A stretch of DNA of 63,888 bases, filler included, from Stramenopiles sp. TOSAG23-3 (lineage: Eukaryota): NCBI GenBank assembly GCA_900128585.1. It is 15 parts of 15 records of this genome, joined end to end, with 100 filler letters (N's around TTAATTAATTAA, not from the genome) between each part and the next. Parts side by side here need not be neighbours in the genome. Positions count along the whole stretch, not along the records: positions 21,737 to 27,053 come from LT643556.1; positions 27,154 to 32,468 come from LT643557.1; 13 more parts are not named here. One strand, 5' to 3'. Under the pieces are notes generated by a model, which saw only the letters and a list, made by a program, of their open reading frames with translations, was not told where the DNA came from and ran no database searches. Below, one piece after another: positions 22,113 to 32,568 of this stretch (its first letter is position 1; each line of letters opens with the position of its first letter). The translations under genes and the position numbers were made by a program.

Positions 22113-23774
22113 ATGCCATCCAGAACACCATCATGCCCACGAACCTCGTCAGCACGGCGCGGAAAGAAGCGAACATATAGCAAGTACTTGGGCCCGCAGA
22201 GAAAGAGTTCACCAAGGTTGAGAGAGCGCAGGAAAAAGAATGCTGAGATTGCCCGGGCTCATAGGCAAGCACACCGATCATTAAAAATCTTGATGGAAGA
22301 GGACAACAAATCGATCAAGCGAAAAGACGCAAAGAAACTATTAGGTCGTGGAATCGGAAAATTTGTACGCTCCGCAAAGAAGGTTGCAGAACGAACCAAA
22401 ATAATAGAACCGAAACTATCTGCTATGACAGACGAAATACGCTTGGCTCTAGAACTGCTAAAGCATAGTATCCCTGGATGGAAAACGTTGTGGGAAAAGT
22501 TAGCACATGACGCCGATGATGGCTTTTGTGGAACAATGGACAATGATTCACTTGTAAGAGTTCTGTCGCTGGTGAAGTATACAATTTCCGAGGTTGGTAT
22601 GCTGCCGGAATCAGCATTTTCCGCTGTAGAGTGTGGTTGTGGCGTTTTGTGTTTTGCCAAGGCCATTAGAATAGCTTTACCGCAAGTTCACCTATTTGGG
22701 TTTGAATACAAAAACTATTTCAATAGTGTCTTCTCAGACCTTACGCAATTGGCAGCAGCTGTTCGTGCGCTGAATGAAAAAGTTTCGATTCATTCTGGAA
22801 TTTTATTGAAATCCATCGGCAATTTTGAGTATAACTTTGGTATAGGGTTTAGCGAAGCACTATCGATGCGCAACTTTTTAAAGGATAATGGTGCTAGTAA
22901 AGCTGTCTATTCCTCGCAAAACATGGTTCTATTTGCATTCTGGGAGGGGTGGTCACGTCGAGCCAAAAGAGGATTGGCTCATTGTTGTTCAAAATCATCG
23001 GAAGTGAAAATTATCTTCACTGGAGATCGATCAAAAAAAAGCGATAAAAACACATTTCCAACAGAAGAGAAACTAAAGTTTCTGAATGGCACAAAAAGAG
23101 CATGGATTAATGAGTTTGTTCTATTTCGTAAAATTCCCGTGCATTTAGCTAGTAAAAAAGGTAAAGAAACATTTGATGGATGCATCTTTGTAAGGCGTAG
23201 CCTTTTCGTTCGAAAGTACTCTGTCCTCAAGGTAGTGAGGTCACCCTTACCACCTTCCGCAGATCTGGATTTGTGTAAATGGATGGTGTTGTGGGAACCA
23301 TCTTCCTCAATTTCGTTGAACATTGCCCTGCAGGCAGTGTCACATGATATTTGTATGTCAAGTTCCTGGATATACAGCGGGATGCCAAGTCGATGGCATG
23401 TAATGGCCCACACACACCAATTCGATGAAGAACAGCTGTGTGCATACGTTGAGAGATGCATTGTAAAATATTTGACGTCAAGTTGGTTTGTTTCTGGTGG
23501 ATGTGAAACTGTAAAGAGAAAGCAAGAGGCGCTGTTCGAATTGCAAAACTTGCAATGTTCCCAACCTCGCCAAAAGGAATTACAGAGGAAGTTAAATCGC
23601 ACATTACAAAACAGAGTCGCAACATTGCTCAATCGAAAGTTTACCGGGACATGTTTGCTCCTAAAATCCCAAAGTTTCGGTGCACAATTTGTTGCACCAC
23701 TGGAACGAAAGAAGATATACTGGCGCATGCAGTCAATCAAGATTGCCGCGGGAATTATGACAATATTCAGCTAG
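22113..23774 (+). CDS. Putative class I SAM-dependent methyltransferase-like protein (DOT1-like signature) with basic N-terminus
   Basis: 553 aa; FCGTMD..helix..AVECGCGVL..helix..LFGFEY..VLFAFWEGW parallels DOT1 YGE/FVDLGSGVG/YGVE/VIFVNNF; K/R-rich N-terminus. Confidence 0.55.
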   Translation: MPSRTPSCPRTSSARRGKKRTYSKYLGPQRKSSPRLRERRKKNAEIARAHRQAHRSLKILMEEDNKSIKRKDAKKLLGRGIGKFVRSAKKVAERTKIIEPKLSAMTDEIRLALELLKHSIPGWKTLWEKLAHDADDGFCGTMDNDSLVRVLSLVKYTISEVGMLPESAFSAVECGCGVLCFAKAIRIALPQVHLFGFEYKNYFNSVFSDLTQLAAAVRALNEKVSIHSGILLKSIGNFEYNFGIGFSEALSMRNFLKDNGASKAVYSSQNMVLFAFWEGWSRRAKRGLAHCCSKSSEVKIIFTGDRSKKSDKNTFPTEEKLKFLNGTKRAWINEFVLFRKIPVHLASKKGKETFDGCIFVRRSLFVRKYSVLKVVRSPLPPSADLDLCKWMVLWEPSSSISLNIALQAVSHDICMSSSWIYSGMPSRWHVMAHTHQFDEEQLCAYVERCIVKYLTSSWFVSGGCETVKRKQEALFELQNLQCSQPRQKELQRKLNRTLQNRVATLLNRKFTGTCLLLKSQSFGAQFVAPLERKKIYWRMQSIKIAAGIMTIFS

Positions 23775-26293
23775 CTTCAGCAGACTCGTGTGATTTAGAA
23801 TTCGATGAATCGTCAACAGAGTTGTTGAAGGACATGTTTGTTAATTTTAGTGCAACACTGAGTGCAAAAGACCAACATCTATTTGTCGGTGAAAAGGGCA
23901 AAGAAAATGTTATACGGGAATGTGTTGCAAAAATGGAAGACGCACTAAAAAATTATACAGAATCAAAACGTCAGGTGGAACTACTGAACCGGTGGCGGGC
24001 ACATGTGACAAAACGGCAACAAAACATCCTCAATCGTACTAAAAAGAGACTTGTTGAAACAAGGTTTGTCAACGATACAATTGAAATCGAAATTGGGGAA
24101 GTCCTCTTCCCTGTAAAGATTAGTTCTTTGGAGACAAGATGGGATGGCGAAACGGCCCGCAAAATGCTTGACGATTTTGGTATTCGTGATTGTCTGTGTC
24201 AGATTCCAGGCCTTCGTTTTGATCATGGATTCGTTAAAAAATGTGGAAAGATAATAGAAAAACGAATTGATATGCTGTTCAGACACAAATTTCGAAAACT
24301 ATTGTGGAGAAAGCACGATGGTTTGTATATTGACATTCATGTCGATGGCGCGCCCAGAACGCAGCGTGGGTTGCAAAAAGACCAATTTGTTGTTGTCTTA
24401 CGGCTTTTGAACGAAAATGTCGCTCTGGAACGGTCAATGCTCATTCCTGTGGTAATAGCAAATGTAAAGGAAACCTCAGCGGAAGCGAGGCAAATCTGCA
24501 AGATAATCGGCAAATCCTTGCTGGAATTCCAGAAGAGGGTACGCAAGGATGGGCTTGGCTTGACTGGTCACAAAGACGTCAAATTTGTAGCTGCATCTGA
24601 CCTAAAGGCATTAAATATGTTATTTGGTTTTACAGAGTATACCGGTATATTCCCATATCCAAGTAAAATATTTTCATCGCGTGAAAATTCGGGGTGGGGC
24701 AAAGTTTATGGAAGAAATTCTGACACCCCATTCAAGAACTTTGAAGCTCGAAAGCTTAGCGTAGACGAATTTAAAGCTGAGTTTGAAGCCAGGCGTTCCA
24801 AAATCGGAAAAAAGCTTGAGGAAGAACTGAACACCGCACGCGGAAGGCCATCTCAGTGCAGAAGGCGGTCAAAGGGTTCTGCGTCATCGAAGAAGAAATT
24901 AAAGCGTTCTAAGGCTGCAGCAATTGCTATGCTGGCAGAGACTGACTTACCGCAACCTGTCCAAATGAAACCAGAGATTTTGTTGTATCTGCGAGGCGAG
25001 CTTCAAAAAATTCCTGAAGATGAACGTAGAGATTGGGCAAAGTATTGTGGACTTGGAATCGTTGATCCGTGTCCGATGTTTGGGGAACTGTTGTGGGACA
25101 AATTGGCACTTTGTGCGTTGCACTACAAAACGACAAAAGTACTTGACATATTGAATTTGTGCACACATACGCTTGCAGCGTACGATGAAATTCTGGGTCA
25201 CTCCATTGCTGACACAGACAAGCTTGGGAAGTCATGTAAATTCTTCTTGGAAACTATCAGCAGTTCTCCCAAATTTCGTGGCAAACTGATGGTATATGCA
25301 GAAAAAACAGAGACACTGATTCTAAAAACTGCAGGCGAAGCATCTTTTCGGGCTTTGAACAATGAATCCACAAAGAAACTTGAGGCTTATCTCAAGGGCG
25401 ACGAGTTGTGCTCAAGGCGACTCATCGGAGAACAAGCAAATGTTGTATTGTCTTTTGTCGAGGATTTGCTTGAAGTACTAATAGAAGCGCGCAATCAATC
25501 TTCAAGCAAAGCGATAGGTAAATTTGAAAAGGGGCTGACAGCCACAATCAGTGGTTTATATTGCGTGCTGAATTACTCGCGCGACATTGTTTACATAATG
25601 AGTTTAAGTTGCCACCCACAAAACGAAAGTGAACCCAGGCGAAAAAAGCGGTTGCAGAAAATTGCAAAACGTTATCGGCGTACCGCTGCCAAACTTGAGT
25701 ATGTGCAACAGTTTGTATTCCCAGAATGGTTCCGGCCATACGACCTTACTGTTTCATGCTGTGGTCCAGACATCATGGACGATTTGGTATCAGACGGGTT
25801 TCTTATGGGAGAGGTCGGGTTGTTGGAGGTATTTGAAGCGTACCACCAATTTGTAAAATCATTGCCAGTAATGAAATTTTACTCAAAAACTGATACTCAA
25901 GAATCCGCATGTATGGCGAAGTTAATAAAAACGCTTTTAACAAACATATACGCCGAAGACGTCGATCCACTTCCTTTGAAAGAAGAACGCAAACCATACA
26001 TTCATCCAAAAAGTGGAAAGTTAACAAAGTCAAGGAAAGAATCGCATATTAAAGTTATTCATGAATATGACGGTATTGGTTGTGTTTGTGGAAGAAAAGT
26101 CGCCAATGAAGATTGCGCATATTGCAGCTACGGTGTAGTTTCAGAATTAGACGATCTAGTAAGCAATTGCGCCGATTATCTTCTTTGTGGAACATACTCT
26201 GATGCAGATGTAAAGTCCGTTCACAAGTCAAGAAAGAAATTAGTTCAGTTTACATTTACTAAGGGGCTTGGAGTCTCTAAACATAGGAAATAA
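23555..26293 (+). CDS. RAG1/Transib/Chapaev-like DDE transposase
   Basis: 912 aa; IHVDGA (D264), PVVIANVKET, ASDLKALNMLFG (D349), CALH (H523), RLIGEQAN, RPYDLTVSCCGPDIM, MGEVGLLEVFEAYH (E761); N-terminal CxxC..H..C and C-terminal CxC..CxxC. Confidence 0.72.
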   Translation: MFPTSPKGITEEVKSHITKQSRNIAQSKVYRDMFAPKIPKFRCTICCTTGTKEDILAHAVNQDCRGNYDNIQLASADSCDLEFDESSTELLKDMFVNFSATLSAKDQHLFVGEKGKENVIRECVAKMEDALKNYTESKRQVELLNRWRAHVTKRQQNILNRTKKRLVETRFVNDTIEIEIGEVLFPVKISSLETRWDGETARKMLDDFGIRDCLCQIPGLRFDHGFVKKCGKIIEKRIDMLFRHKFRKLLWRKHDGLYIDIHVDGAPRTQRGLQKDQFVVVLRLLNENVALERSMLIPVVIANVKETSAEARQICKIIGKSLLEFQKRVRKDGLGLTGHKDVKFVAASDLKALNMLFGFTEYTGIFPYPSKIFSSRENSGWGKVYGRNSDTPFKNFEARKLSVDEFKAEFEARRSKIGKKLEEELNTARGRPSQCRRRSKGSASSKKKLKRSKAAAIAMLAETDLPQPVQMKPEILLYLRGELQKIPEDERRDWAKYCGLGIVDPCPMFGELLWDKLALCALHYKTTKVLDILNLCTHTLAAYDEILGHSIADTDKLGKSCKFFLETISSSPKFRGKLMVYAEKTETLILKTAGEASFRALNNESTKKLEAYLKGDELCSRRLIGEQANVVLSFVEDLLEVLIEARNQSSSKAIGKFEKGLTATISGLYCVLNYSRDIVYIMSLSCHPQNESEPRRKKRLQKIAKRYRRTAAKLEYVQQFVFPEWFRPYDLTVSCCGPDIMDDLVSDGFLMGEVGLLEVFEAYHQFVKSLPVMKFYSKTDTQESACMAKLIKTLLTNIYAEDVDPLPLKEERKPYIHPKSGKLTKSRKESHIKVIHEYDGIGCVCGRKVANEDCAYCSYGVVSELDDLVSNCADYLLCGTYSDADVKSVHKSRKKLVQFTFTKGLGVSKHRK

Positions 26294-26416
26294 TATAAAA
26301 AATGGACAATAATGTTAAAACTGTTAATATAATTTGTTTTTTTTTAAACACAAGAAAATTGGCTGTGAAGGAGCTCGGCCTGTGTTTCGGGGCGTACGAC
26401 TTGAAAAATCCACGCA

Positions 26417-27052
26417 CTACCATGTGGATAACTCACGGGGATTGGCATCTTCTTCCCATCGACCATTTGCTTTACGGAAAGTTCGTATTTGAAAGGTCAT
26501 CCATAAATCTAGCGATCGCCTCCTCTTCTTGAGAAACAATTTCACGCCAGAAACGAATCGGTATTTTTGCATCGCTCCGACGTTCTTGGAAAACAGATAC
26601 TTTGCGAATTGCGATTTGCAATATTGCAAAGATACTGCCTTCCAGGTCTTCAGTGTTTCTTTTGGGAGTGTCAGACTGTAGTCCAATGTCTCATTCAGCA
26701 TTTGAATATCGCGATATGACATATGCGTAATACTAACTTCCTCTTGGTAAGCATTAATGTATTGTCCAAAATTATAATGTCGTTTCAGCTCTGTTCCAAA
26801 CCCAGGTAGCAAACCATTCATATGATCGCAAAACTCTGATAATGTATGTGGTTGATCAAATTTTATTCCTGCTCGTAAAATATGTATCTTGCTGCACGGA
26901 GGCCATTCTCGCACTTTTTGTGTCACTGTGTCCGCTGACATATTCTGGTTGGGTTGATTTCTACCAAATATACACGTAAACCTTGCTCGAATATCAATTT
27001 CCATCTGTTGCAAGATCCACACTGCCACTTCGTCTGCTTTTGGTTTCAGTCT
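26417..27052 (-). CDS. Hypothetical protein, 5' truncated, convergent on the transposase
   Basis: Frame open from contig end (~211 codons); no recognised domain. Confidence 0.55.
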   Translation of the reverse strand, partial: RLKPKADEVAVWILQQMEIDIRARFTCIFGRNQPNQNMSADTVTQKVREWPPCSKIHILRAGIKFDQPHTLSEFCDHMNGLLPGFGTELKRHYNFGQYINAYQEEVSITHMSYRDIQMLNETLDYSLTLPKETLKTWKAVSLQYCKSQFAKYLFSKNVGAMQKYRFVSGVKLFLKKRRRSLDLWMTFQIRTFRKANGRWEEDANPRELSTW

Positions 27053-27153
27053 TNNNNNNNNNNNNNNNNNNNNNNNNNNNNNNNNNNNNNNNNNNNNTTA
27101 ATTAATTAANNNNNNNNNNNNNNNNNNNNNNNNNNNNNNNNNNNNNNNNNNNN

Positions 27154-29236
27154 CCTTACGGTCAATCAGCCACGTGTATACCTGGTGTATCATGAAACAG
27201 TATACCAGGACTTCCAGGGCTATCAGCCGCAGCATTGTACTGGGAGTGTACGGCAAAATTTGGTACGTTACAAAGACGGCATTTGGGACGACGGCCCCGG
27301 ATACAATATTCTCCGTCCCAAGCGTAATGACACTAACAAGGGACAATTCCACGTTGTAGATGACAAACTCGTAAAAGACGGCCCTGGTATTGAGGTTTTC
27401 GATCGCTTTGTTTTCCGTTAGTATGCGCAGCACCTCGAATGCTCTGGTTTTATTCTGTGGGTCAAAGTAGTGGGAGAACCCACTGTCGGACCGCAACGTA
27501 GTGGCCTGGCCGGCAAACGAGTTGCCTTCGCGTGTCTCGTGCGTCAACTTCAAATCTTCACCCACCACCCATATATCTGACGGCCGAGAGCCGGTCGCTT
27601 TTTCATCCGCGTAGCAAGGGACCTGAATATCATCCGTGTTCAAAACACCAGTGCTGTATATGGGAGAGCAGCCCTTACTTGATGATGGAAACTGCCGCAC
27701 TACCCTTAGCCTGAGCTTCCCGATCAATTTGTTGTACCCTCTAATTTTTCGTTTTACGAAATTTCGTTCAATCTTGTTTGTAGTGCTATTGACGAAGTCA
27801 TACGGGATCGGATCTGGGTAGAACTCTTTCAGAAGCACATTCTTGCTCCACAGGCCCCACTCCTCCAGCGATTCCATATCAAAATATGCTTCTGTATTGT
27901 GCTCGTCGTATTCTTGGTAAACCAATGCCTGCTTTAGCCCGACCTCAAACGAGCCAACTTTGCGGCTCATTTTCCAGCTTATGTTAATGGCATATGTGGT
28001 CATGATGAGGGTAAAAATAAAGTGATAAAACCACCTCACCAAGCGTTTGGGTTTTACGAGGGAGTTCCACTCCGTGGTCACGGATAACATTGTCCTCGGG
28101 TCTTGGAAGATCTCACTGTCGAAGCCTTCCTCTACTGGGTTCTGAAAAATCTCCTTCATATCTTGGTAATTCTGAACGTACCAACGCTGTCGCGCTGAAA
28201 TTCCAAATGCAACCTGGCCATGGTGATCTCTATTTTGAAGGGCGACCAATTTTGCTTCTTCATCTCCGTAGGAGGTCAGCAGTAGGCGAATAAGCTCATT
28301 TTGCGCTTCCACTTTCGTGTGGGCCGTTTTCAGCAGTATCTTGTTTTGCATGTCCACGTGCAGACAACCCATGAACTTGTCGAAGTCGGCTCGTTCCCCC
28401 TCCTCGTAGATAATTGGCATGCCCATTCCATGAGATTTTACGACATGGCTGATGTCAGCCATCAGTGCGTGGCCATTTCCATCCTTATCTATCATTTCGA
28501 AAGAATGGCGCAGATAAAACAAGCGGGAGCTAGACGTCCCCATGACTTCGGCTTCAATGCCATCGATGCTTTCGATTGCCGCATGCAGCGCCGTTCGACC
28601 GTAGTGATCCTCTAAGTCATGGTTTACACCCGTGTTCAAGAGCAGCCTGACGATAGCAATGTTTTGAAAAATCGAAGCCAAATGTAGGGCCGTTCGCCCT
28701 TCTTCATCTGTTAGCGAGGCGTTTGCGTTGTACCGCAAGAGGAGTTCCAGGCACTTTATATGACCGAACCGAGAGGCGTAGTGCACGGGCCTTTGGCCAA
28801 AACCATAATAGCTGCTCCAGTTGACATCTGCACCGTGCATGACAACATTTTCCACCAATTCATAGTGCTTGTCTTTATCGGGAATCAGCAAGGCCAACAC
28901 AAGGATTTTGTCAAGGGTGCTCTGGGCTATATGGGGGGACTCAATGAGTATCATAAATTCTGTAATATGGTTCTCGTTCAGCACCGGCAAACCTTTGTCG
29001 ACGTCCGTGGTATAAGCTTTTTCCACACCACGCAAAACCTCATAGAGATGCGCCACGTTGTCAAGTTTTTCACCATGATGATCATCATCTGCGTGTTTGG
29101 AGCGTATATCAACAAGCGAGTGAGAACGTTTGCGATCAGCACGTTTCCGCTCCGGCGAGGTTGCACGCAAGGGGTTTTCTGTGGCGCCACCCAAGGGGTT
29201 TCCTACCAACTCCGTGCCCTTCGCGAACGAAGTCAT
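27154..29236 (-). CDS. Ankyrin-repeat and EF-hand protein with polycystin-2 (TRPP)-like channel N-terminus, 3' truncated
   Basis: GQRPVHYA, GRTALHLA, GRTALHAA ankyrins; DKDGNGH EF-hand; TM1 followed by TOP-domain motifs NKLIGKLRLRVVR, TRAVFYEFVIYN, E...SGAVVP; then TM2. Confidence 0.8.
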
Positions 29237-29861
29237 TTTTGCGGTTGTGGAAGAAAGGGAAAACACGTAGAATTCACCACTTCTCCGTTTCGCTAACAAA
29301 GTGTTAAGTTGGTGCAATGTTATGTTTGCACCAAATAAATTAATCTGTAAATACATCAACGACTGAATTACTACTTATGTAATAAACATATTCGAATAGT
29401 CACTAAAAATATTCTGGCTCCCCTTGGGAGGGTGATGATGATGAATGATGATTCTCCCTCCTTCCTTCTCTTCTCTCTTCTCTCTTCTTCTCTCAGCTGC
29501 GCGTTATAACGACAACAGTAGTTCCTTCTTTTTTCCATACTTCCCTTTCTGTTCCTTCGTTAGGTCTATGTACCAGGTATTATACATGTTGTTTCCCTTT
29601 TCAATTGGAAACACTTCGTATCATTAATAGAAACCCATGTTATTTATTCCAGTGGATAATGATTATAGAAGATAATAGTGTACATTGATTAATGACTGGT
29701 GTTCCGGAAATTCTACACGGAGCATCAAGTATTGCCTTTCACAAATATCATCCTATATAATACTATACTATTAAAAACATAAGTACAGCTGTAGTAATTC
29801 GTACGGCAACTTATTTTAAAAAATGACGATTTTAGATTAAGGAGGATAGAATAGCTTTAAT

Positions 29862-29922
29862 GTATTTATTCTCGAAGGGAATAGTATTTATTCTCGAAGG
29901 GACTAGTATTTATTATCACGAA
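29862..29922 (+). repeat. Short tandem repeat (~23 bp unit GTATTTATTCTCGAAGGGA.TA), two full copies plus one degenerate
   Basis: Read directly from sequence. Confidence 0.8.
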
Positions 29923-30404
29923 GATATCCACCTTAATTGATAAACTTTGCTATTACTATTATATATAGTATTAAATGGTCTACACAACAATTTTTTTCTT
30001 CTTCTTCTTCTTTCTTGATCCTTTTTCTTCAGTCTTCCATTACGTACTCCTAATTACTGGACTCACTCTCGCGATATCCTCGTATAGTTTAATTATATAT
30101 ATGTACAATATAGATAGGGAAATAAGCTTATAGTGTCTGAGCAGGAAGAAGGAAGAAGGAAGGAAGGAAGGAAGGAAGGAGAAGGACGCGCGACGACGCG
30201 ACGGATTGATTCTGATGACTGCATATTTATCAAAGGCGATAACAAACACGAACATTTGAATAATATAGTGTTGCATAGACGGCAAAAAGATATTTACAAG
30301 ACCGTGTTCACATAATCGCTTCGTAAAGGCACAGTATCGATCGGCAAGAGGGAGAGCGCTTTTGTGAAGATTTAAAACCTATATATTATTATTCTATCAA
30401 CAAG

Positions 30405-32136
30405 ATGGCCAACCTTGCTTTGCGGCTTCTTCAGTGCACCGTGTTTCTTCTCTCTGCGGGGACGCTGCGCGCGTGCACGACGACTGGGGTGACCCTTGGG
30501 GCGACCAACACGGGCAAAATATTTTCGTCCCAATCAAACGATGGGGATGGCGTTAGTGACACTCGTATTTTTCGTGTCCCAAACATGACGCATGAGGCTG
30601 GGAGTATGCGACCTGTGTACCCCTACATTGGTGACTACCCGCGTTACGTCGGAACCTCTCGGGGTCAGCAAAACTACCAAGTAGGAAAGACGGTCACGAA
30701 GCCGATGGGGCACATCCCTCAAGTGCCTTTCACCCATGGGTTTTATGACGGCTACTTTGGCTTGCTGAACGACGCGGGGCTCGGCATCGCGGAGTCGACG
30801 TGCAGCGCCAGGATCGTGGGGGCGTTGCCAATTTCGCAAGGTGGAGCAGGCTTGTGGTACACGGACGAGCTCTCCAGAGTGGCTATGGAGCGGGAGTCGG
30901 AGGCCCGGAGCGCCGTCCAGCTAATGGGCAATTTGGCAGTCAAAGGGGGGTATTATGGTGGGGATGGGGCAAACTTGCCCGGTGAATCTTTGATTGTGTC
31001 CGACAAAAACGAAGTTTGGGTATTTCATATACTTCCCAGCGATTCCAACGGCACGTCCGCCATCTGGGCGGCGCAACGTGTGCCCGACGGCCACGTAACC
31101 GTTGTCCCCAACGTGTTTGTCCTCCGAGAAATAGATTTCAACGACAAAGAAAATTTCTTGTACTCGGCTAACATTCAAAGCATAGCCGAGAAGAACGGGT
31201 GGTGGAAACAAGGCGAACCGTTCGATTTTACAAAGATCTATTCCGGCGGCGAGTACCACCACCGGTATTACTCAGGCCGGCGGTGGTGGGGGGGCGATGA
31301 AAATATTTGCCCCGTCACAAAATTTCCCTACTAAGTACAATGATTGGCGAAACGATGCGCCGTACCCATTTTCCGTAAAGCCGGACAAGGACGTCACGTT
31401 GGAAGACGTAATGGCCGTAATGAGAACCTTCTACGAAGGCACAGAGTTCAGTCTTACAAACGGTTTGCAATCGGGCGCGTTTGGAAACGGGAACAGGTAC
31501 CCGGTGACTGAAGGAGCCATCAAAGGGAATTGGGAGCGTTCGATCGCGTTGTACCGCACCGACTACTCTTATATTTTGGAGATCGACGGCAACACTACTT
31601 TGCCGGCAGAAGTCAGGAATACCATCTGGTTCGGCCCTTCTGCAGCGCACGTGACAGAGTATGTCCCTTTTTTCGGCGGCCAGCAGTTTATACTGGACGA
31701 TTACCGCGTTGGCCACAAAGGCGACCTGCCAGACACTACCTCTGCCATCTGGGCGTTTCGATACGTGCAACAACTGGTTAATTTGCGGTTTGGAAACATG
31801 ATGGCGTACGTTAAGCAAGCACAAGCGCAGGCGCACTCGAATTCGCTGGCTGCCCAGGCTTTGGCTCGAGCAAAATTTATGGAACATGAAAACATGACTG
31901 CTATGTGCACGTTTATGAACAGTAATGCGGAAGCTGTGTTGGAACAGTGGCGAGGAATGAGGGATTTTCTGGTGTACAAATTTGCCGACGGAGCGGAGTA
32001 TGAAGACCCTAGCCATGGCAGCGCAGGAACTGCTACTGCCCTTGGTTACCCAAATTGGTGGCTTCAAGACGTTGGGTACCAAAATGGCCCTCCACCCGCA
32101 GACGGCGACAGCCAATTTACAATCCACCGAGGGTAA
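30405..32136 (+). CDS. Secreted peptidase C69 (dipeptidase/secernin, Ntn hydrolase); frame break at G7 run 31288-31294
   Basis: Signal peptide then AC.T nucleophile; GIAESTC; ARSAVQLMG.LA...GY; WAAQRVPDGH; YSGRRWW; PFSVKPD; WERSI. Removing one G gives RWWGAMKIF and joins the ORFs. Confidence 0.9.
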
Positions 32137-32568
32137 AACTTTTATTTAGCGCGGTGTGGCAATTTGTGCCTGCTGGGTAGAACGAGGAATGCACCGCACG
32201 GGCAATCGGCCCTTCGCTCTCTCCCCGTACCAGCGTGTAAAAAAGAATCAGTCTCGCCAATGGCAGGGTCCCAGAAAAGAGGGGGGAGCGGAACAAAAAC
32301 TGGTAAACTATTGTTTAAACAAATGGAAGTCTTACTCTTCAGATTTTCGTAATTTAATATAAATACAATTTGCTTGTAACAGCCAATTTTTTCTTTTTCT
32401 GTTTTAAAAACTTGATTCTTACTGCCATCTCAGATCTCAGGCCTCCTGCTGCTGCGCTGCGTATACATNNNNNNNNNNNNNNNNNNNNNNNNNNNNNNNN
32501 NNNNNNNNNNNNTTAATTAATTAANNNNNNNNNNNNNNNNNNNNNNNNNNNNNNNNNNNNNNNNNNNN

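Larger units (their letters stand above)
21737..27053. mobile_element. Candidate RAG1/Transib/Chapaev-like DNA transposon region (termini not resolved)
   Basis: DDE-transposase-like ORF, overlapping methyltransferase-like ORF, upstream tandem repeats, no recognisable housekeeping gene, AT-richer coding than most host genes; no TIR pair or TSD identified. Confidence 0.6.

Noticed and set aside
26417-27052. RAG2-like gene (convergent on the RAG1-like ORF)
   Set aside because: No kelch GG/Y/W pattern or PHD finger in the visible ~211 aa; orientation alone is insufficient.
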